DNA of 64,000 bases from an uncultured Candidatus Saccharibacteria bacterium. GTDB taxonomy: Bacteria > Patescibacteriota > Dojkabacteria > SC72. Of the stretch, positions 7,781-20,030 are shown in pieces (the stretch's first letter is position 1; every line of letters starts with the position of its first letter). The position numbers were made by a program, and so were the translations under genes. The stretch covers positions 69,826-133,825 of the forward strand of contig CAZUDZ010000001.1 in the NCBI GenBank assembly GCA_964618765.1, in the 5' to 3' direction. The notes below the pieces were generated by a model. The model saw only the letters and a program-made list of their open reading frames with translations. It was not told where the DNA came from and ran no database searches.

Positions 7781-10504
7781 CTATAAAAGAACTACTGTTG
7801 CTACCCTATCCTCTTTGCTAATATTCATGACCTTTACTCCAGAGGTGTGTCTTCCTTGTACTGGTACTGCCTTAAGGTCTGCCCTGATAACTTTTGACTT
7901 TCCTGATATTACAACCATTTCTTCATCTTCCTTTGTCAACAATCTCGCGGATGCTACTATTCCTGTCTTCTTAGTCATTCTAAATGTGAATATACCACTA
8001 CCACCTCTCTTTTGTGTGGTATATTCTTTCAAAAGAGACATCTTCCCGTAACCAAATTCGGACAGAGTGAGTAATCTTTGCTCGTCATTCTCCACAATCC
8101 CCATCCCAATTACACGGTCAGAATCTTTTTTGAAAGTGATTCCTTTAACTCCTTTTGTACTCCTTCCCATTGGCCTTACATCTGTTTCTTTAAATCGTAT
8201 AGATTTACCCTCTTTAGTAACAAGAATAACCTCATCACTACCAGTAGTAGGTTTAACCCATATCAGTTGATCATTCTCTTCTAACTTAATTGCGGTTAAT
8301 CCATTAGATCTGATTTTAGAGAATTCTTTAAGCTGCGTTTTTTTAACAGTACCTTTCTCTGTAACCATCAAGAAGTACTTGTAAGATTTCTTACTATCTT
8401 TTTCTAAGGATATCTCCCCTTTAGGACTTCTTGTTAATACAGAGGTTACAATCTCATCTAGTCCTAACTGTATCAAGTTAACCAAAGGCAAGCCCTTCGC
8501 AGTTCTACCTAACTCAGGGATTTCAAAAATCCTTAAGTTAAATACCTTTCCTCTGTTTGTGAACAGAAGCAGTTCGTCGTGAGTATTACAGAGGAATGCA
8601 TGTTCTATGAAGTCTCCTTCCTTTGTTTCTCCTCCAGATACACCTTTACCTCCCCTATTCTGAGATTTGTATGTATTAGGAGGGAGTCTTTTAATGTATC
8701 CAGAGCGAGTGATTGTAACTAGTGTATCCTCTGAGGCTACCATATCCTCCTCTGAGATCTCGTCAACTTTCCCCTTTACTACCTTACTCCTTCTTTCATC
8801 CCCATACTTTTCTTTAATTTCTTGCAAATCATCATTTACTATCTCTAATATCCTATCTTGATTTTCAAGTACTAAATTATATTCCTTAATCTTAGATTTA
8901 ATATCCTTGAATTCATTTTGTATCTTCATTCTCTCAAGGGCAGCTAATCTTCTTAACTGCATATCCAATATTGCTTGTGCTTGTACCTCTGTAAATTCAA
9001 ATTTGTCCATAAGGTTGGTCTTTGCACTGTCTTGGGATTTTGACTTCCTAATTGTGTCTATTACCTCATCAAGCATATCTAAGGCTTTTAGTAGTCCCTC
9101 TAGTATGTGTCCCCTATATCTTGCCTCTGCTAAATCAAACTCATATCTTCTAATGGTTACAACTAATCTAAAGGAAAGGAAAAGCTCTAGGAATCTCTTT
9201 AAAGGTAAGGTTTTAGGTTCTTGATCAACCAAAGCAATCATATTTGCGTTGAATACCTTCTGCATCTCAGTATATTTGTAGAGCTTGTTGAGTACAGCTT
9301 TAGGCTGAGCATCTTTCTTAAGAATTATTACGAGCCTCATACCCTCTCTATTTGATTCATCTCTGATATCAGCAATACCCTTTATCTTTTTCTCTTTTAC
9401 AAGGTCAGCAATCTTTTCGGTCATGTACGCCTTGTTAACTTGATATGGAATTTCCGTTACTACGATATGGTATCTACCCTTTTGTCCCTCTATTATCGAA
9501 GCTTTTGCTCTTTGTAAGATCCTGCCTCTTCCTGTTGCGTATGCGTTTAATATCTCTTTCTGATTGTATATTGTTCCTCCAGTTGGAAAATCAGGTCCAG
9601 GGATAATTTCTATGAGATCGGAAGGAGTAATATCTGATTTAAATTTAGGGTACAGAGTTTGTTCTTTCTCTTTAAGCTCATTTCTTAATTCCTCTATTTC
9701 CTTGTGTAGATCAAGGCTGTTTTTTGAAATATAGTTTTCGAGATAGTCTGTAGGTTTGGAATCTAGTGTTGATGGGATTAACTCAGCAGATTCCTTCTTT
9801 TTTCTAAGTTCATTGTAGACAGCTTCCCCCTGCCATTTATTCTTCAAGGAAATCATCTTCTGTAGAGCATCTATGAGCTCTGTCAAGTTATGAGGAGGGA
9901 TTTTAGTAGCCATACCAACGGCAATTCCATCACTCCCATTTGCTAGGACATTAGGAAAAAGTGCAGGTAGAACTGTAGGTTCTAATCTTGTACCATCGTA
10001 GTTGGATATATAGGTGACAGTTCCTTTGCTTAAATCACTTAACAGCATTGGTGTTATTTTAGCCATTCTTGCTTCTGTGTATCTCATTGCTGCGGGTGAA
10101 TCTCCGTCTATTGAACCGAAGTTTCCTTGACCATCTACTAAGGGATATCTAGTCGAGAAATCTTGAGCCATTTTTACCAAAGTTGGGTAGACAACAGATT
10201 CTCCATGTGGGTGGTAGTTACCTGATGTATCTCCCGCTATTTTAGCTGACTTCCTGTAGTGTGCGGTAGGGTGTAAGTTAAGATCATTCATGGCAACAAG
10301 GATTCTTCTTTGAGAGGGCTTTAGACCATCTTTTACTTCAGGGAGAGCTCTTGATACTATGACTGACATTGAGTAATCCAAGTAGTTGGATTTCATCTCA
10401 TCAACTATTGATCTAGGAACTATCTCTCCAGGTTTAAAGGTAAGATTAGTATCTAAGTTGTTATTTCCTTCTTCTTTTATCTCGGTTTTTACTTCTTCTT
10501 CCAC
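7781..10504 (-). CDS. gyrA: DNA gyrase subunit A
   Basis: YSMSVIVSRALP, AAMRYTE, GyrA-box QNRGGKG and beta-pinwheel repeats. Confidence 0.97.
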   Translation of the reverse strand: MEEEVKTEIKEEGNNNLDTNLTFKPGEIVPRSIVDEMKSNYLDYSMSVIVSRALPEVKDGLKPSQRRILVAMNDLNLHPTAHYRKSAKIAGDTSGNYHPHGESVVYPTLVKMAQDFSTRYPLVDGQGNFGSIDGDSPAAMRYTEARMAKITPMLLSDLSKGTVTYISNYDGTRLEPTVLPALFPNVLANGSDGIAVGMATKIPPHNLTELIDALQKMISLKNKWQGEAVYNELRKKKESAELIPSTLDSKPTDYLENYISKNSLDLHKEIEELRNELKEKEQTLYPKFKSDITPSDLIEIIPGPDFPTGGTIYNQKEILNAYATGRGRILQRAKASIIEGQKGRYHIVVTEIPYQVNKAYMTEKIADLVKEKKIKGIADIRDESNREGMRLVIILKKDAQPKAVLNKLYKYTEMQKVFNANMIALVDQEPKTLPLKRFLELFLSFRLVVTIRRYEFDLAEARYRGHILEGLLKALDMLDEVIDTIRKSKSQDSAKTNLMDKFEFTEVQAQAILDMQLRRLAALERMKIQNEFKDIKSKIKEYNLVLENQDRILEIVNDDLQEIKEKYGDERRSKVVKGKVDEISEEDMVASEDTLVTITRSGYIKRLPPNTYKSQNRGGKGVSGGETKEGDFIEHAFLCNTHDELLLFTNRGKVFNLRIFEIPELGRTAKGLPLVNLIQLGLDEIVTSVLTRSPKGEISLEKDSKKSYKYFLMVTEKGTVKKTQLKEFSKIRSNGLTAIKLEENDQLIWVKPTTGSDEVILVTKEGKSIRFKETDVRPMGRSTKGVKGITFKKDSDRVIGMGIVENDEQRLLTLSEFGYGKMSLLKEYTTQKRGGSGIFTFRMTKKTGIVASARLLTKEDEEMVVISGKSKVIRADLKAVPVQGRHTSGVKVMNISKEDRVATVVLL

Positions 10505-10526
10505 TTCTACTATTGGTTAATTATAT

Positions 10527-10958
10527 TTATATGGCATCTTGCAAGGACATTTCTAAGTCACTTTTTATGTGCTCAGGATCTAGAGCTAACCCTATTAGTT
10601 TCCAATATGTTCGTGCAGAGACAACATATGTGTCTGGGTTGTCTTTTCTAGGTGATATTGTAATACATTCTTCTTGTACATCATCGGTGGAGGTTAATAG
10701 CCGTGCAACGATGAAATCCTTGTGGTCTTGCTCGTCTACTAGTTGTAGATGTATACCATTTCTTTTAGGATCTTTTGCAACATGTGTAGAAATCTTACTG
10801 TACAAATCCTCGTTGTATATCTCTTCATTGCTTTCCTGAGAAAGTAAGAAAAGTATCTTCCCTCTATGTCGTAGTCCTAATTCCCTGTTAAGTTTAGTGT
10901 TAAATAGTGATTCGTACTCTGTTGCTTTTGGCATTTTTAAACTCTCTCTTAGACCCAT
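10527..10958 (-). CDS. Hypothetical protein between gyrB and gyrA
   Basis: 143-aa ORF, co-oriented, with gaps of ~20 bp on each side. Confidence 0.65.
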   Translation of the reverse strand: MGLRESLKMPKATEYESLFNTKLNRELGLRHRGKILFLLSQESNEEIYNEDLYSKISTHVAKDPKRNGIHLQLVDEQDHKDFIVARLLTSTDDVQEECITISPRKDNPDTYVVSARTYWKLIGLALDPEHIKSDLEMSLQDAI

Positions 10959-10976
10959 ATTAAGTAATGTAAAAAA

Positions 10977-12887
<1,911 letters not shown>

Positions 12888-12955
12888 CTACCTAGATCTG
12901 TAATTTAAATTTCTGGTCATTAAACTATACATTTTACATGATTTTTGCCTGAATG

Positions 12956-13642
12956 TTAAGCCTTAAGCTGTACAATCATGGCCTCCAAAGTAAGCCTCCT
13001 GTTACAATTTGCAGAGATTTTTTCTCTGCTTTTTTGTATGATTTTCAAAAGACTTCCGTTCTTGTGGGAACTCTCAATGTTACCATTTTTAATATCTAAT
13101 TCAAGCTCTCTTTTGAATCTTTCCTCTAGGGCGTTTAACAAAAGAAGAGAAGACTCTTTCTCCTTGGCGTACTCTTCAATGAGTGAGAATTGCTCAAGAA
13201 GATCTAGATCAAGTATATCTGCAAGGCTTTCTTCTCCCTCTTCTGGACTCTCTTCCTCTTCTATCCCCTGTAAGCGAGGATAGATTATGACACCCCTTGA
13301 TTGTATTGTAGGTAGGAGATTTCTTTCGTTGTCTACACACAGAATATATATTGAAGTGTCAGAAGTTTCCTCCAAAGTTTTAAGGAGTGCATTTTGTGCT
13401 TGTATTGTTAACTTCTCTGCCTCAAGAATTATCCCTACCTGCCTTTCCTCTTGAAACGGTTTGTACCTCATACTTCCCTGAAGATCTTTTACCTCCTCTA
13501 TACCAATACTGTTTTGCTCTTTAGGGTTGAGTACGTGGATATCTGGAGATTCTGCTATCTTCTTTTTAAATATCTTCTTGAGTAATTCTTCAAGCTGCTT
13601 TTTCTGTAGAGCGATTGAGGGATTTGCAATTATATATGTCAT
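12956..13642 (-). CDS. holB: DNA polymerase III delta' subunit (short form)
   Basis: SIGIEEVK, AQNALLKTLEE, LLPTIQSR; start placed at the ATG 5 nt after TGnTACAAT. Confidence 0.85.
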   Translation of the reverse strand: MTYIIANPSIALQKKQLEELLKKIFKKKIAESPDIHVLNPKEQNSIGIEEVKDLQGSMRYKPFQEERQVGIILEAEKLTIQAQNALLKTLEETSDTSIYILCVDNERNLLPTIQSRGVIIYPRLQGIEEEESPEEGEESLADILDLDLLEQFSLIEEYAKEKESSLLLLNALEERFKRELELDIKNGNIESSHKNGSLLKIIQKSREKISANCNRRLTLEAMIVQLKA

Positions 13643-13693
13643 GACAAATTGTATCATACAGTAAAACAGTAGATACAGTAACCCATCTTTTAG

Positions 13694-13722
13694 TTGACTA
13701 CTTAAGGGGATTAGAATAAACT
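13694..13722 (+). promoter_or_regulatory. Promoter of pil cluster
   Basis: TTGACT-17 nt-TAAACT. Confidence 0.55.
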
Positions 13723-13756
13723 AAGATGAGAATAATATATTAAGGAAATCTGCCCG

Positions 13757-15562
13757 ATGGCCGTAGGAATATCGTTACTCAAATACCTTCAAGACAAGGG
13801 TTTAATAAATGAAGATGGAGCCAGAAAGGTTTTGGTGGAAAGAAGTCGTTCCCAAAAATCAGAGGAGGCAATCATTAGGGAGCTTGTACTTGCAAATGAT
13901 GAGGAGATAGCAAAAGCGAAATCAGAGATATTTGGGATACCCTTTGTGGATCTTACATCTATGTCCATTAACGAAAGCATCATCGCAGAGGTCAATATCG
14001 AGGATTTACATAAGCACAAGGCGGTACCGTTTGAAAGAGGAAATGATTTTGTGAAGATAGCTATGGAAGATCCTTTCGATGTGCAAGCCACACAGGCACT
14101 TCAAAGAAAGTACCCTTCTGGTACGAAGGTGGAAGTATACATTACAACTAAAGATGGAATAGATTCTGTTTTAGAAAGAAGGGTTGGAGACATGATGAGC
14201 TCTGAGGTCACAGATGCCCTAGAAGATGTAGATGTTCCTGTTACAGAAATTAATGAAGATCCAAACTTCTTTTCTAGTACAGACCTTTCCTCTGCCCCCA
14301 TCGCAAGGATAGTGAGTTCAATGTTGCAATATGCTGTTACTTCTAAATCTTCGGATATACATATTGAACCCATGGAGAAAAAGGTAAGGGTTAGATTTAG
14401 GATACATGGAGTAATGACTGAGAGGTTATCTCTTCCAAAGAATTTGAGTCCTGCAATTGTATCTAGAATTAAGATTTTGTCTAATCTTAAAATAGATGAA
14501 AGAAGACTACCTCAAGATGGGCGATTCGCTATTAAAATTGGAAATACAAAGATAGACTTGCGTGTTTCCATAATGCCTACAATACATGGAGAGAAAGTTG
14601 TAATGAGGCTTTTAGAGTCTGAAGCAACGGATATTACATTGGAATCAACGGGTTTGCGAGGAAATGCATACAAAGTATTTGTAGATGCTTTAAGTGTAAC
14701 TAACGGGATTGCATTAGTTACTGGTCCTACAGGAAGTGGTAAAACTAGAACTTTGGCATGCTCTCTCATAAAGGTAAATGATCCTAAGGTAAATATCATC
14801 TCTCTTGAAAACCCTGTAGAAATTAGAATTCCTGGTGTAACTCAGATACAGATAAACCCAGATATCGGTCTTACATTTGCAAATGGTTTGCGTTCAGTAT
14901 TAAGACAAGACCCAGATGTAGTCATGGTTGGAGAGATCCGAGATGAAGAAACTGCTCAACTGGCTGTACAAGCCTCTCTTACAGGACACTTAGTCCTTTC
15001 AACCTTACATACTAATAGTGCTCCTGCAGCTATTCCTAGACTCCTAGATATGGGTGTAGAACCATATCTCCTTGCTTCTACAGTACGTTGTATTGCAGCT
15101 CAAAGATTACCAAGGAGAGTATGTAAAAACTGTATAGAAGCCTACCCTGCTCCAGAAGAAATGGTTAAGAATATAGAGGAGACGATGAAAGGGGTAAAAG
15201 ATTTCGATTTAATCCCCTACCTTAAAAGTGTAGCCTCTTCTTTACAAGCAAAAGGTGAAAATGAAAGTCCAACAGTAAAAGCTCCACAAGTAGGTCCAGA
15301 TGGGACACCAGTAATATATCTTTACAGAGGGAAAGGATGTGACAAGTGTGGTGGGTCAGGATACTCAGGAAGAATCGGAATATTCGAGGTTCTTGATGTT
15401 TCTCAGGGAATAAGCAGAATGATAATGCAAAATGTAACTGACGAGAAAATTAAAGAGAGAGCAGTAGAGGAAGGGATGTTAACTATGATACAAGATGGTT
15501 ATTTGAAAGCACTAGAAGGCATAACCGCGATAGAGGAAGTTTTAAGGGTTTCAAAAGAATAA
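13757..15562 (+). CDS. pilB: Type IV pilus assembly ATPase PilB/GspE
   Basis: SDIHIEP, GPTGSGKT, LRQDPDVVMVGEIRD, CxxC...CxxC. Confidence 0.93.
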   Translation: MAVGISLLKYLQDKGLINEDGARKVLVERSRSQKSEEAIIRELVLANDEEIAKAKSEIFGIPFVDLTSMSINESIIAEVNIEDLHKHKAVPFERGNDFVKIAMEDPFDVQATQALQRKYPSGTKVEVYITTKDGIDSVLERRVGDMMSSEVTDALEDVDVPVTEINEDPNFFSSTDLSSAPIARIVSSMLQYAVTSKSSDIHIEPMEKKVRVRFRIHGVMTERLSLPKNLSPAIVSRIKILSNLKIDERRLPQDGRFAIKIGNTKIDLRVSIMPTIHGEKVVMRLLESEATDITLESTGLRGNAYKVFVDALSVTNGIALVTGPTGSGKTRTLACSLIKVNDPKVNIISLENPVEIRIPGVTQIQINPDIGLTFANGLRSVLRQDPDVVMVGEIRDEETAQLAVQASLTGHLVLSTLHTNSAPAAIPRLLDMGVEPYLLASTVRCIAAQRLPRRVCKNCIEAYPAPEEMVKNIEETMKGVKDFDLIPYLKSVASSLQAKGENESPTVKAPQVGPDGTPVIYLYRGKGCDKCGGSGYSGRIGIFEVLDVSQGISRMIMQNVTDEKIKERAVEEGMLTMIQDGYLKALEGITAIEEVLRVSKE

Positions 15563-15581
15563 ATTTTTGGTATAAATATAT

Positions 15582-17300
15582 ATGGATCAAAATACTGCCC
15601 AAAATAACAATGTACAATTCCCATACCCCGATTTTTCTGGGACAAATCCTACCCAGCAAGTGCAGGATACTTCCCAAAAGCAAGGGCAGGTGCAAGTACA
15701 AGCTACTACTACTAATGATGATCAAAAAATAGATGAGCTAAGGAAAAATCTAGATGCTTTAATAGCAACTGAGAAACAGGTACAACAAACTCCTCCTCCT
15801 CCAGTTAAGCAAGAAGAAGAGAAAAAAGGACAGGTGGGAGAAGACTCCAACACAGAGATATCTTCTCAGCAGCCAGATATGCCAGCATCACATACCCAGA
15901 AGCCTCAACCTCTTCCAGGTATGGAGAAAAAACTTCCAAAGGAAAACCTAGCGGAAGTTTCCACAGTAATACCTGTAGGTGTAGGGGAAGGATTTGATCC
16001 TTTACCATCAAATCTTCCCAAGTTTAATGAGACTCTTGATAATATAATGCCTGATACTAAGAAACCAAAGCCTCCTCAGAAAAGGATTGTAACCGAAACA
16101 GCTGATTCATCTCAACCTACTAATTTACAAAGTAATAGAAATACCTTAAAACCTGAAATACAAGAAGATCCATCTTTAGGAGCTAAGAAGCAGAAAGACG
16201 ATTTTAAAATCACTGAAGAAACATTAGACACTAAGGGAGAACTATCTATTCAGAAACTTCTGTCAGAGGCTATTAATAGGAATGCATCTGACTTACATCT
16301 TTCTGTCGGATACCCCCCTATTCTTCGCATAGATGGGGAGTTAGTAGCTTTAGATGAAAACATCATAGGGCCAGAAGAAGCGGAAAATCTAATATTTTCT
16401 ATTCTTACCGACGAAAAAAAAGAACTCTTAGAAGTTAACAGAGAAATAGATTTAGCATATACATATGAAGGAGGTGTTAATGCTAGATTTAGGATCAATG
16501 CTTTCTATACAATGAAAAATCTCTCTGCTGCTTTTAGATTAATTCCTTCAAGAGTCAAAACCATAGAGGAGCTGATGCTTCCTCAAATGTATAACCAGTT
16601 TGCCAAATTGAAACAGGGACTCGTTCTAGTTACCGGACCAACAGGTCATGGTAAGAGTACTACAATCGCAGCAATATTAGAGGCGATAAATAGGACTAGG
16701 TTTTGTCATATTCTTACGATAGAGGATCCAATAGAGTATGTTTTTGAAGGGAAAAAGGCCCTCATTGATCAAAGAGAGATGAATGATGACACTCACTCAT
16801 GGAATATTGCATTAAGAAGTGCTTTGCGACAAGATCCTGATGTTATCTTAGTTGGAGAAATGAGAGATTTTGAAACGATAGCCTCAGCTATTACTCTAGC
16901 TGAAACAGGACATCTTGTATTTGCAACTTTACATACAAACAGTGCATCTCAGACATTAGATAGAATAATAGATGTCTTCCCAGAGAATCAACAACAACAA
17001 GTTAGAACTCAAATAGCTAATACCTTAGAAGCTGTAGTGGCTCAAAGATTAATTCCTTTAGATCAGGGAGGTAGAAGAGCAGTCTCGGAGATCATGTTGA
17101 ATAACTCTGCTGTAAGCAATCTTATTAGAGAAGGGAAAATGCACCAGGTAGACAATGTCATTAGGACAAGCTCAGATATTGGGATGAAGTATTTGGAACG
17201 ATCTTTGATTGATTTGGTAAGAGAGGGTGTGATATCTGTACAGAAAGCCCAAGAGTATGCAGTGCATCCTGAAGAGGTATTAAGATTATTAAAATCATAA
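15582..17300 (+). CDS. pilT: Type IV pilus retraction ATPase PilT with long N-terminal extension
   Basis: ASDLHL, GPTGHGKST, TIEDPIE, LRQDPDVILVGEMRD, NLIRE. Confidence 0.93.
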   Translation: MDQNTAQNNNVQFPYPDFSGTNPTQQVQDTSQKQGQVQVQATTTNDDQKIDELRKNLDALIATEKQVQQTPPPPVKQEEEKKGQVGEDSNTEISSQQPDMPASHTQKPQPLPGMEKKLPKENLAEVSTVIPVGVGEGFDPLPSNLPKFNETLDNIMPDTKKPKPPQKRIVTETADSSQPTNLQSNRNTLKPEIQEDPSLGAKKQKDDFKITEETLDTKGELSIQKLLSEAINRNASDLHLSVGYPPILRIDGELVALDENIIGPEEAENLIFSILTDEKKELLEVNREIDLAYTYEGGVNARFRINAFYTMKNLSAAFRLIPSRVKTIEELMLPQMYNQFAKLKQGLVLVTGPTGHGKSTTIAAILEAINRTRFCHILTIEDPIEYVFEGKKALIDQREMNDDTHSWNIALRSALRQDPDVILVGEMRDFETIASAITLAETGHLVFATLHTNSASQTLDRIIDVFPENQQQQVRTQIANTLEAVVAQRLIPLDQGGRRAVSEIMLNNSAVSNLIREGKMHQVDNVIRTSSDIGMKYLERSLIDLVREGVISVQKAQEYAVHPEEVLRLLKS

Positions 17301-17306
17301 TAAACA

Positions 17307-18518
17307 ATGAAGAAATTTAAATACTCTGCAAGAGATACAAAAGGAAAGGTGGTAGAGGGAGAAGTAGAGGCAAAAGATGTTCAAGCTGTTGCAGATATTT
17401 TACACGACAGAGAATTAATAGTGGTTTCCATTAAAGAAGGATTAGGTCTTAATCTTGATCGTTTAAGTGAGATAAATATTGGTGGAGTACCAATGAAAGA
17501 GAAAGTTGTCTTCATGAGGCAAATGGCTACGATGGTTGGAGCAGGTTTACCATTAACCAGATCGTTGGAGATAATGGTCCAACAGGCATCAAATCCTCTT
17601 TTTAAGAAAGTTCTTAAAAATGTTTTGAGCTCAATACAATCAGGTAAAACACTCGCGGATTCATTTAGAGCTGAAGAGGATATCTTCGATGATATCACTA
17701 TTAACTTAATAGAGGCTGGAGAAGAGAGTGGTAATTTAGAGATAATCCTGGAGAAACTAGCGGTAGAGTTAGAAGAGAAGGATGCCTTAAATAGTAAGAT
17801 TAAGTCTGCGATGATATATCCTGTTATTATTCTTCTTGTTATCGTTGCTGTCATTCTTATGATGATGTTCGTACTTGTTCCTTCAATGGCTGATATATAT
17901 AGCGATTTTGATGCTGAGCTTCCTTTCATAACTCTTTTCCTTATGAATACTAGTAACTTCTTTATTAATTATTGGTGGGCTATTTTAATTGTTCTTTTAG
18001 TGTTAATTGTTGGAATCAAGTACTATTTAGATACCCCAAAAGGTAAAAGAACTTTTGATAAACTGATATTGAAAGTACCTGTATTAGGAGGAATAATTAC
18101 TAAAATGCAGATATCTCAATTTACTAGAATACTTGCCCTTCTTTTAGGAAGTGGATTATCCATTATTAAAGCTCTCGATTTAACGGCACAATCTTTAAGC
18201 AATGAGATGTTTAGAGACACTCTTTTGAAAGCGAAAGAAGAAGTAGAGAAAGGTGGGCCTTTGGCTATCCCTATAGCAAGGAGTGAGTACTACCCTCTTC
18301 TTGTTAGCAGTATGATCGCTGTGGGAGAAGAGACTGGGGAGATGGATGCTGTGTTAGGAAAGGTCTCAGAATACTACAAAGATGAAGTAGATACTGCTAC
18401 AGGTAACCTTTCTACTATACTAGAACCTCTATTTCTTGTGATAATGGGTGGAGCTATAGGTTTCATAGCTCTAGGTGTATATATGCCAATGTTCCAATTA
18501 TCTACTGCAATAGGCTAA
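17307..18518 (+). CDS. pilC: Type IV pilus platform protein PilC/GspF
   Basis: AGEESGNL, AMIYP, VGEETGEMD, LEP; three TM segments. Confidence 0.93.
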   Translation: MKKFKYSARDTKGKVVEGEVEAKDVQAVADILHDRELIVVSIKEGLGLNLDRLSEINIGGVPMKEKVVFMRQMATMVGAGLPLTRSLEIMVQQASNPLFKKVLKNVLSSIQSGKTLADSFRAEEDIFDDITINLIEAGEESGNLEIILEKLAVELEEKDALNSKIKSAMIYPVIILLVIVAVILMMMFVLVPSMADIYSDFDAELPFITLFLMNTSNFFINYWWAILIVLLVLIVGIKYYLDTPKGKRTFDKLILKVPVLGGIITKMQISQFTRILALLLGSGLSIIKALDLTAQSLSNEMFRDTLLKAKEEVEKGGPLAIPIARSEYYPLLVSSMIAVGEETGEMDAVLGKVSEYYKDEVDTATGNLSTILEPLFLVIMGGAIGFIALGVYMPMFQLSTAIG

Positions 18519-18522
18519 GGTA

Positions 18523-18551
18523 TTGACATAAGATTAAATATTGTGTAATTT
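18523..18551 (+). promoter_or_regulatory. Putative internal promoter for major pilin
   Basis: Perfect TTGACA followed 17 nt later by TAATTT. Confidence 0.45.
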
Positions 18552-18585
18552 GTACTTAACATTAAATTAAAACTGTCTAGCTTAT

Positions 18586-19200
18586 ATGAGAAAGAGAATG
18601 TACGAGGCTTTTACACTAATAGAAATGCTTATTGTAATGGCTATCTTAATTGTCCTTATGGTAATCGGTATTGCTGCTGGAAGATTTGCACTTAATAGAG
18701 CAAATGATGTCGCTCATCAGAATGCTGTAGACCAGCTATATCAAGGCTTACAAGCATATTATACAGACAACAGAACATTTCCTACGACAACAGAGTGTGG
18801 TGGGGTTTGTACTCCTGCAGCTATGATGTCTAACCAGGAAATTTTAGGGAAATACATGGACCTAGGAGCTTTTAACGGAGGAACTTCTGCTACATTTATA
18901 TATTTTGTAGGTGGAGATAATAACGACCAGGCAGTTATGGTTTGTGCCTCTATGAGAGGTCTAAAAGCAGAGAGTGACGAGAAAACAGATGGTGCTTATT
19001 ACTGTAATGGAAACGGTTTTGGAGTAGACAATTTAACCGCTGGGGCTACAACCTTCCCTCAAACCTTTACTGACAAGAGTATTGAAAAGAAAGATGGGTC
19101 TAATCCAGTATGGGTGGCATTGTCTGGCAGTACATTCACAACCTCCTCTGATTGGGATAATCTAGCAGTAGGTGGTATGGGATGGACAGAATTGGAGTAG
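18586..19200 (+). CDS. Type IV pilin, likely major pilin
   Basis: EA|FTLIEML N-methylation motif; has its own putative promoter and terminator. Confidence 0.88.
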   Translation: MRKRMYEAFTLIEMLIVMAILIVLMVIGIAAGRFALNRANDVAHQNAVDQLYQGLQAYYTDNRTFPTTTECGGVCTPAAMMSNQEILGKYMDLGAFNGGTSATFIYFVGGDNNDQAVMVCASMRGLKAESDEKTDGAYYCNGNGFGVDNLTAGATTFPQTFTDKSIEKKDGSNPVWVALSGSTFTTSSDWDNLAVGGMGWTELE

Positions 19201-19226
19201 TAGATAGAATCTTAACTTGACAGTTT

Positions 19227-19256
19227 AAACCCCTCTTCTGAGGGGTTTTTCTTTTT
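19227..19256 (+). terminator. Intrinsic terminator after pilin
   Basis: AAACCCCTC-TTCT-GAGGGGTTT followed by a T-tract. Confidence 0.85.
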
Positions 19257-19272
19257 CTGCTATTATATATAC

Positions 19273-20022
19273 ATGATCACAATAAATATTGGATTCTTTC
19301 TTTTGGGAACATTCATAGCAAGCTTCTTAAATGCTACTTTGTATAGAATAGATAACAAATACAAATACCCAGATATTATTAAATTGAGATCTCATTGTGA
19401 AAAATGTAAAAAACTTCTTAAATGGTGGGAATTAATCCCAATACTTGGTTATATTTTAATCGGAGGCAGGTGTAGTAAATGTAATACTGCTGTAAATATA
19501 TATTACCCTCTCTCCGAGTTCTTCTTAGGGACAACATTCCTTCTCTTCCACCTTCACTTCACTCCTTGGTATCTATGGATAGTAGTTCTATTTCTTTTTA
19601 TCCTCTCCTACTTTGATATCCAATACAATGCAATATATAAGAAGTTAGTCCATATATTCCTGCTTTTTTGTTTTGTGATCTTTCTTTTGTACGCCTTTAA
19701 CCCTAGCAATACTATTCTTCCGCTACTCTTTACCCTTCTGCTTCTAGTACTGAACATCTTTAAGAAGTCATTTGGTTTGGGAGATATATTAATACTCTTA
19801 GGAGCAGGGACTCTTCTTAATTGGCAACAGTACTTAGTTATGTTTTGGATGGGGATTCTAGTAGCCCTACTCTACTCTGTGATCATAATAATTAAGGACA
19901 AAGTAAAGATTAAGGGAGCAAAAATACCCATGATTCCATTCTTCACTATCTCATTTATTTTAACTACCCTATATGGTGAAGAAATATATATTCACCTTCT
20001 TAAATTAATGGGAATATGGTAA
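19273..20022 (+). CDS. pilD: Prepilin peptidase (A24)
   Basis: RSHCEKC...GRCSKC Zn motif, SYFD and GLGD catalytic aspartates. Confidence 0.9.
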   Translation: MITINIGFFLLGTFIASFLNATLYRIDNKYKYPDIIKLRSHCEKCKKLLKWWELIPILGYILIGGRCSKCNTAVNIYYPLSEFFLGTTFLLFHLHFTPWYLWIVVLFLFILSYFDIQYNAIYKKLVHIFLLFCFVIFLLYAFNPSNTILPLLFTLLLLVLNIFKKSFGLGDILILLGAGTLLNWQQYLVMFWMGILVALLYSVIIIIKDKVKIKGAKIPMIPFFTISFILTTLYGEEIYIHLLKLMGIW

Positions 20023-20030
20023 ATTAAAAC

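Noticed and set aside
9640-9845. Intein in GyrA
   Set aside because: No splicing residues at the ends, too short, and not at the catalytic Tyr site.
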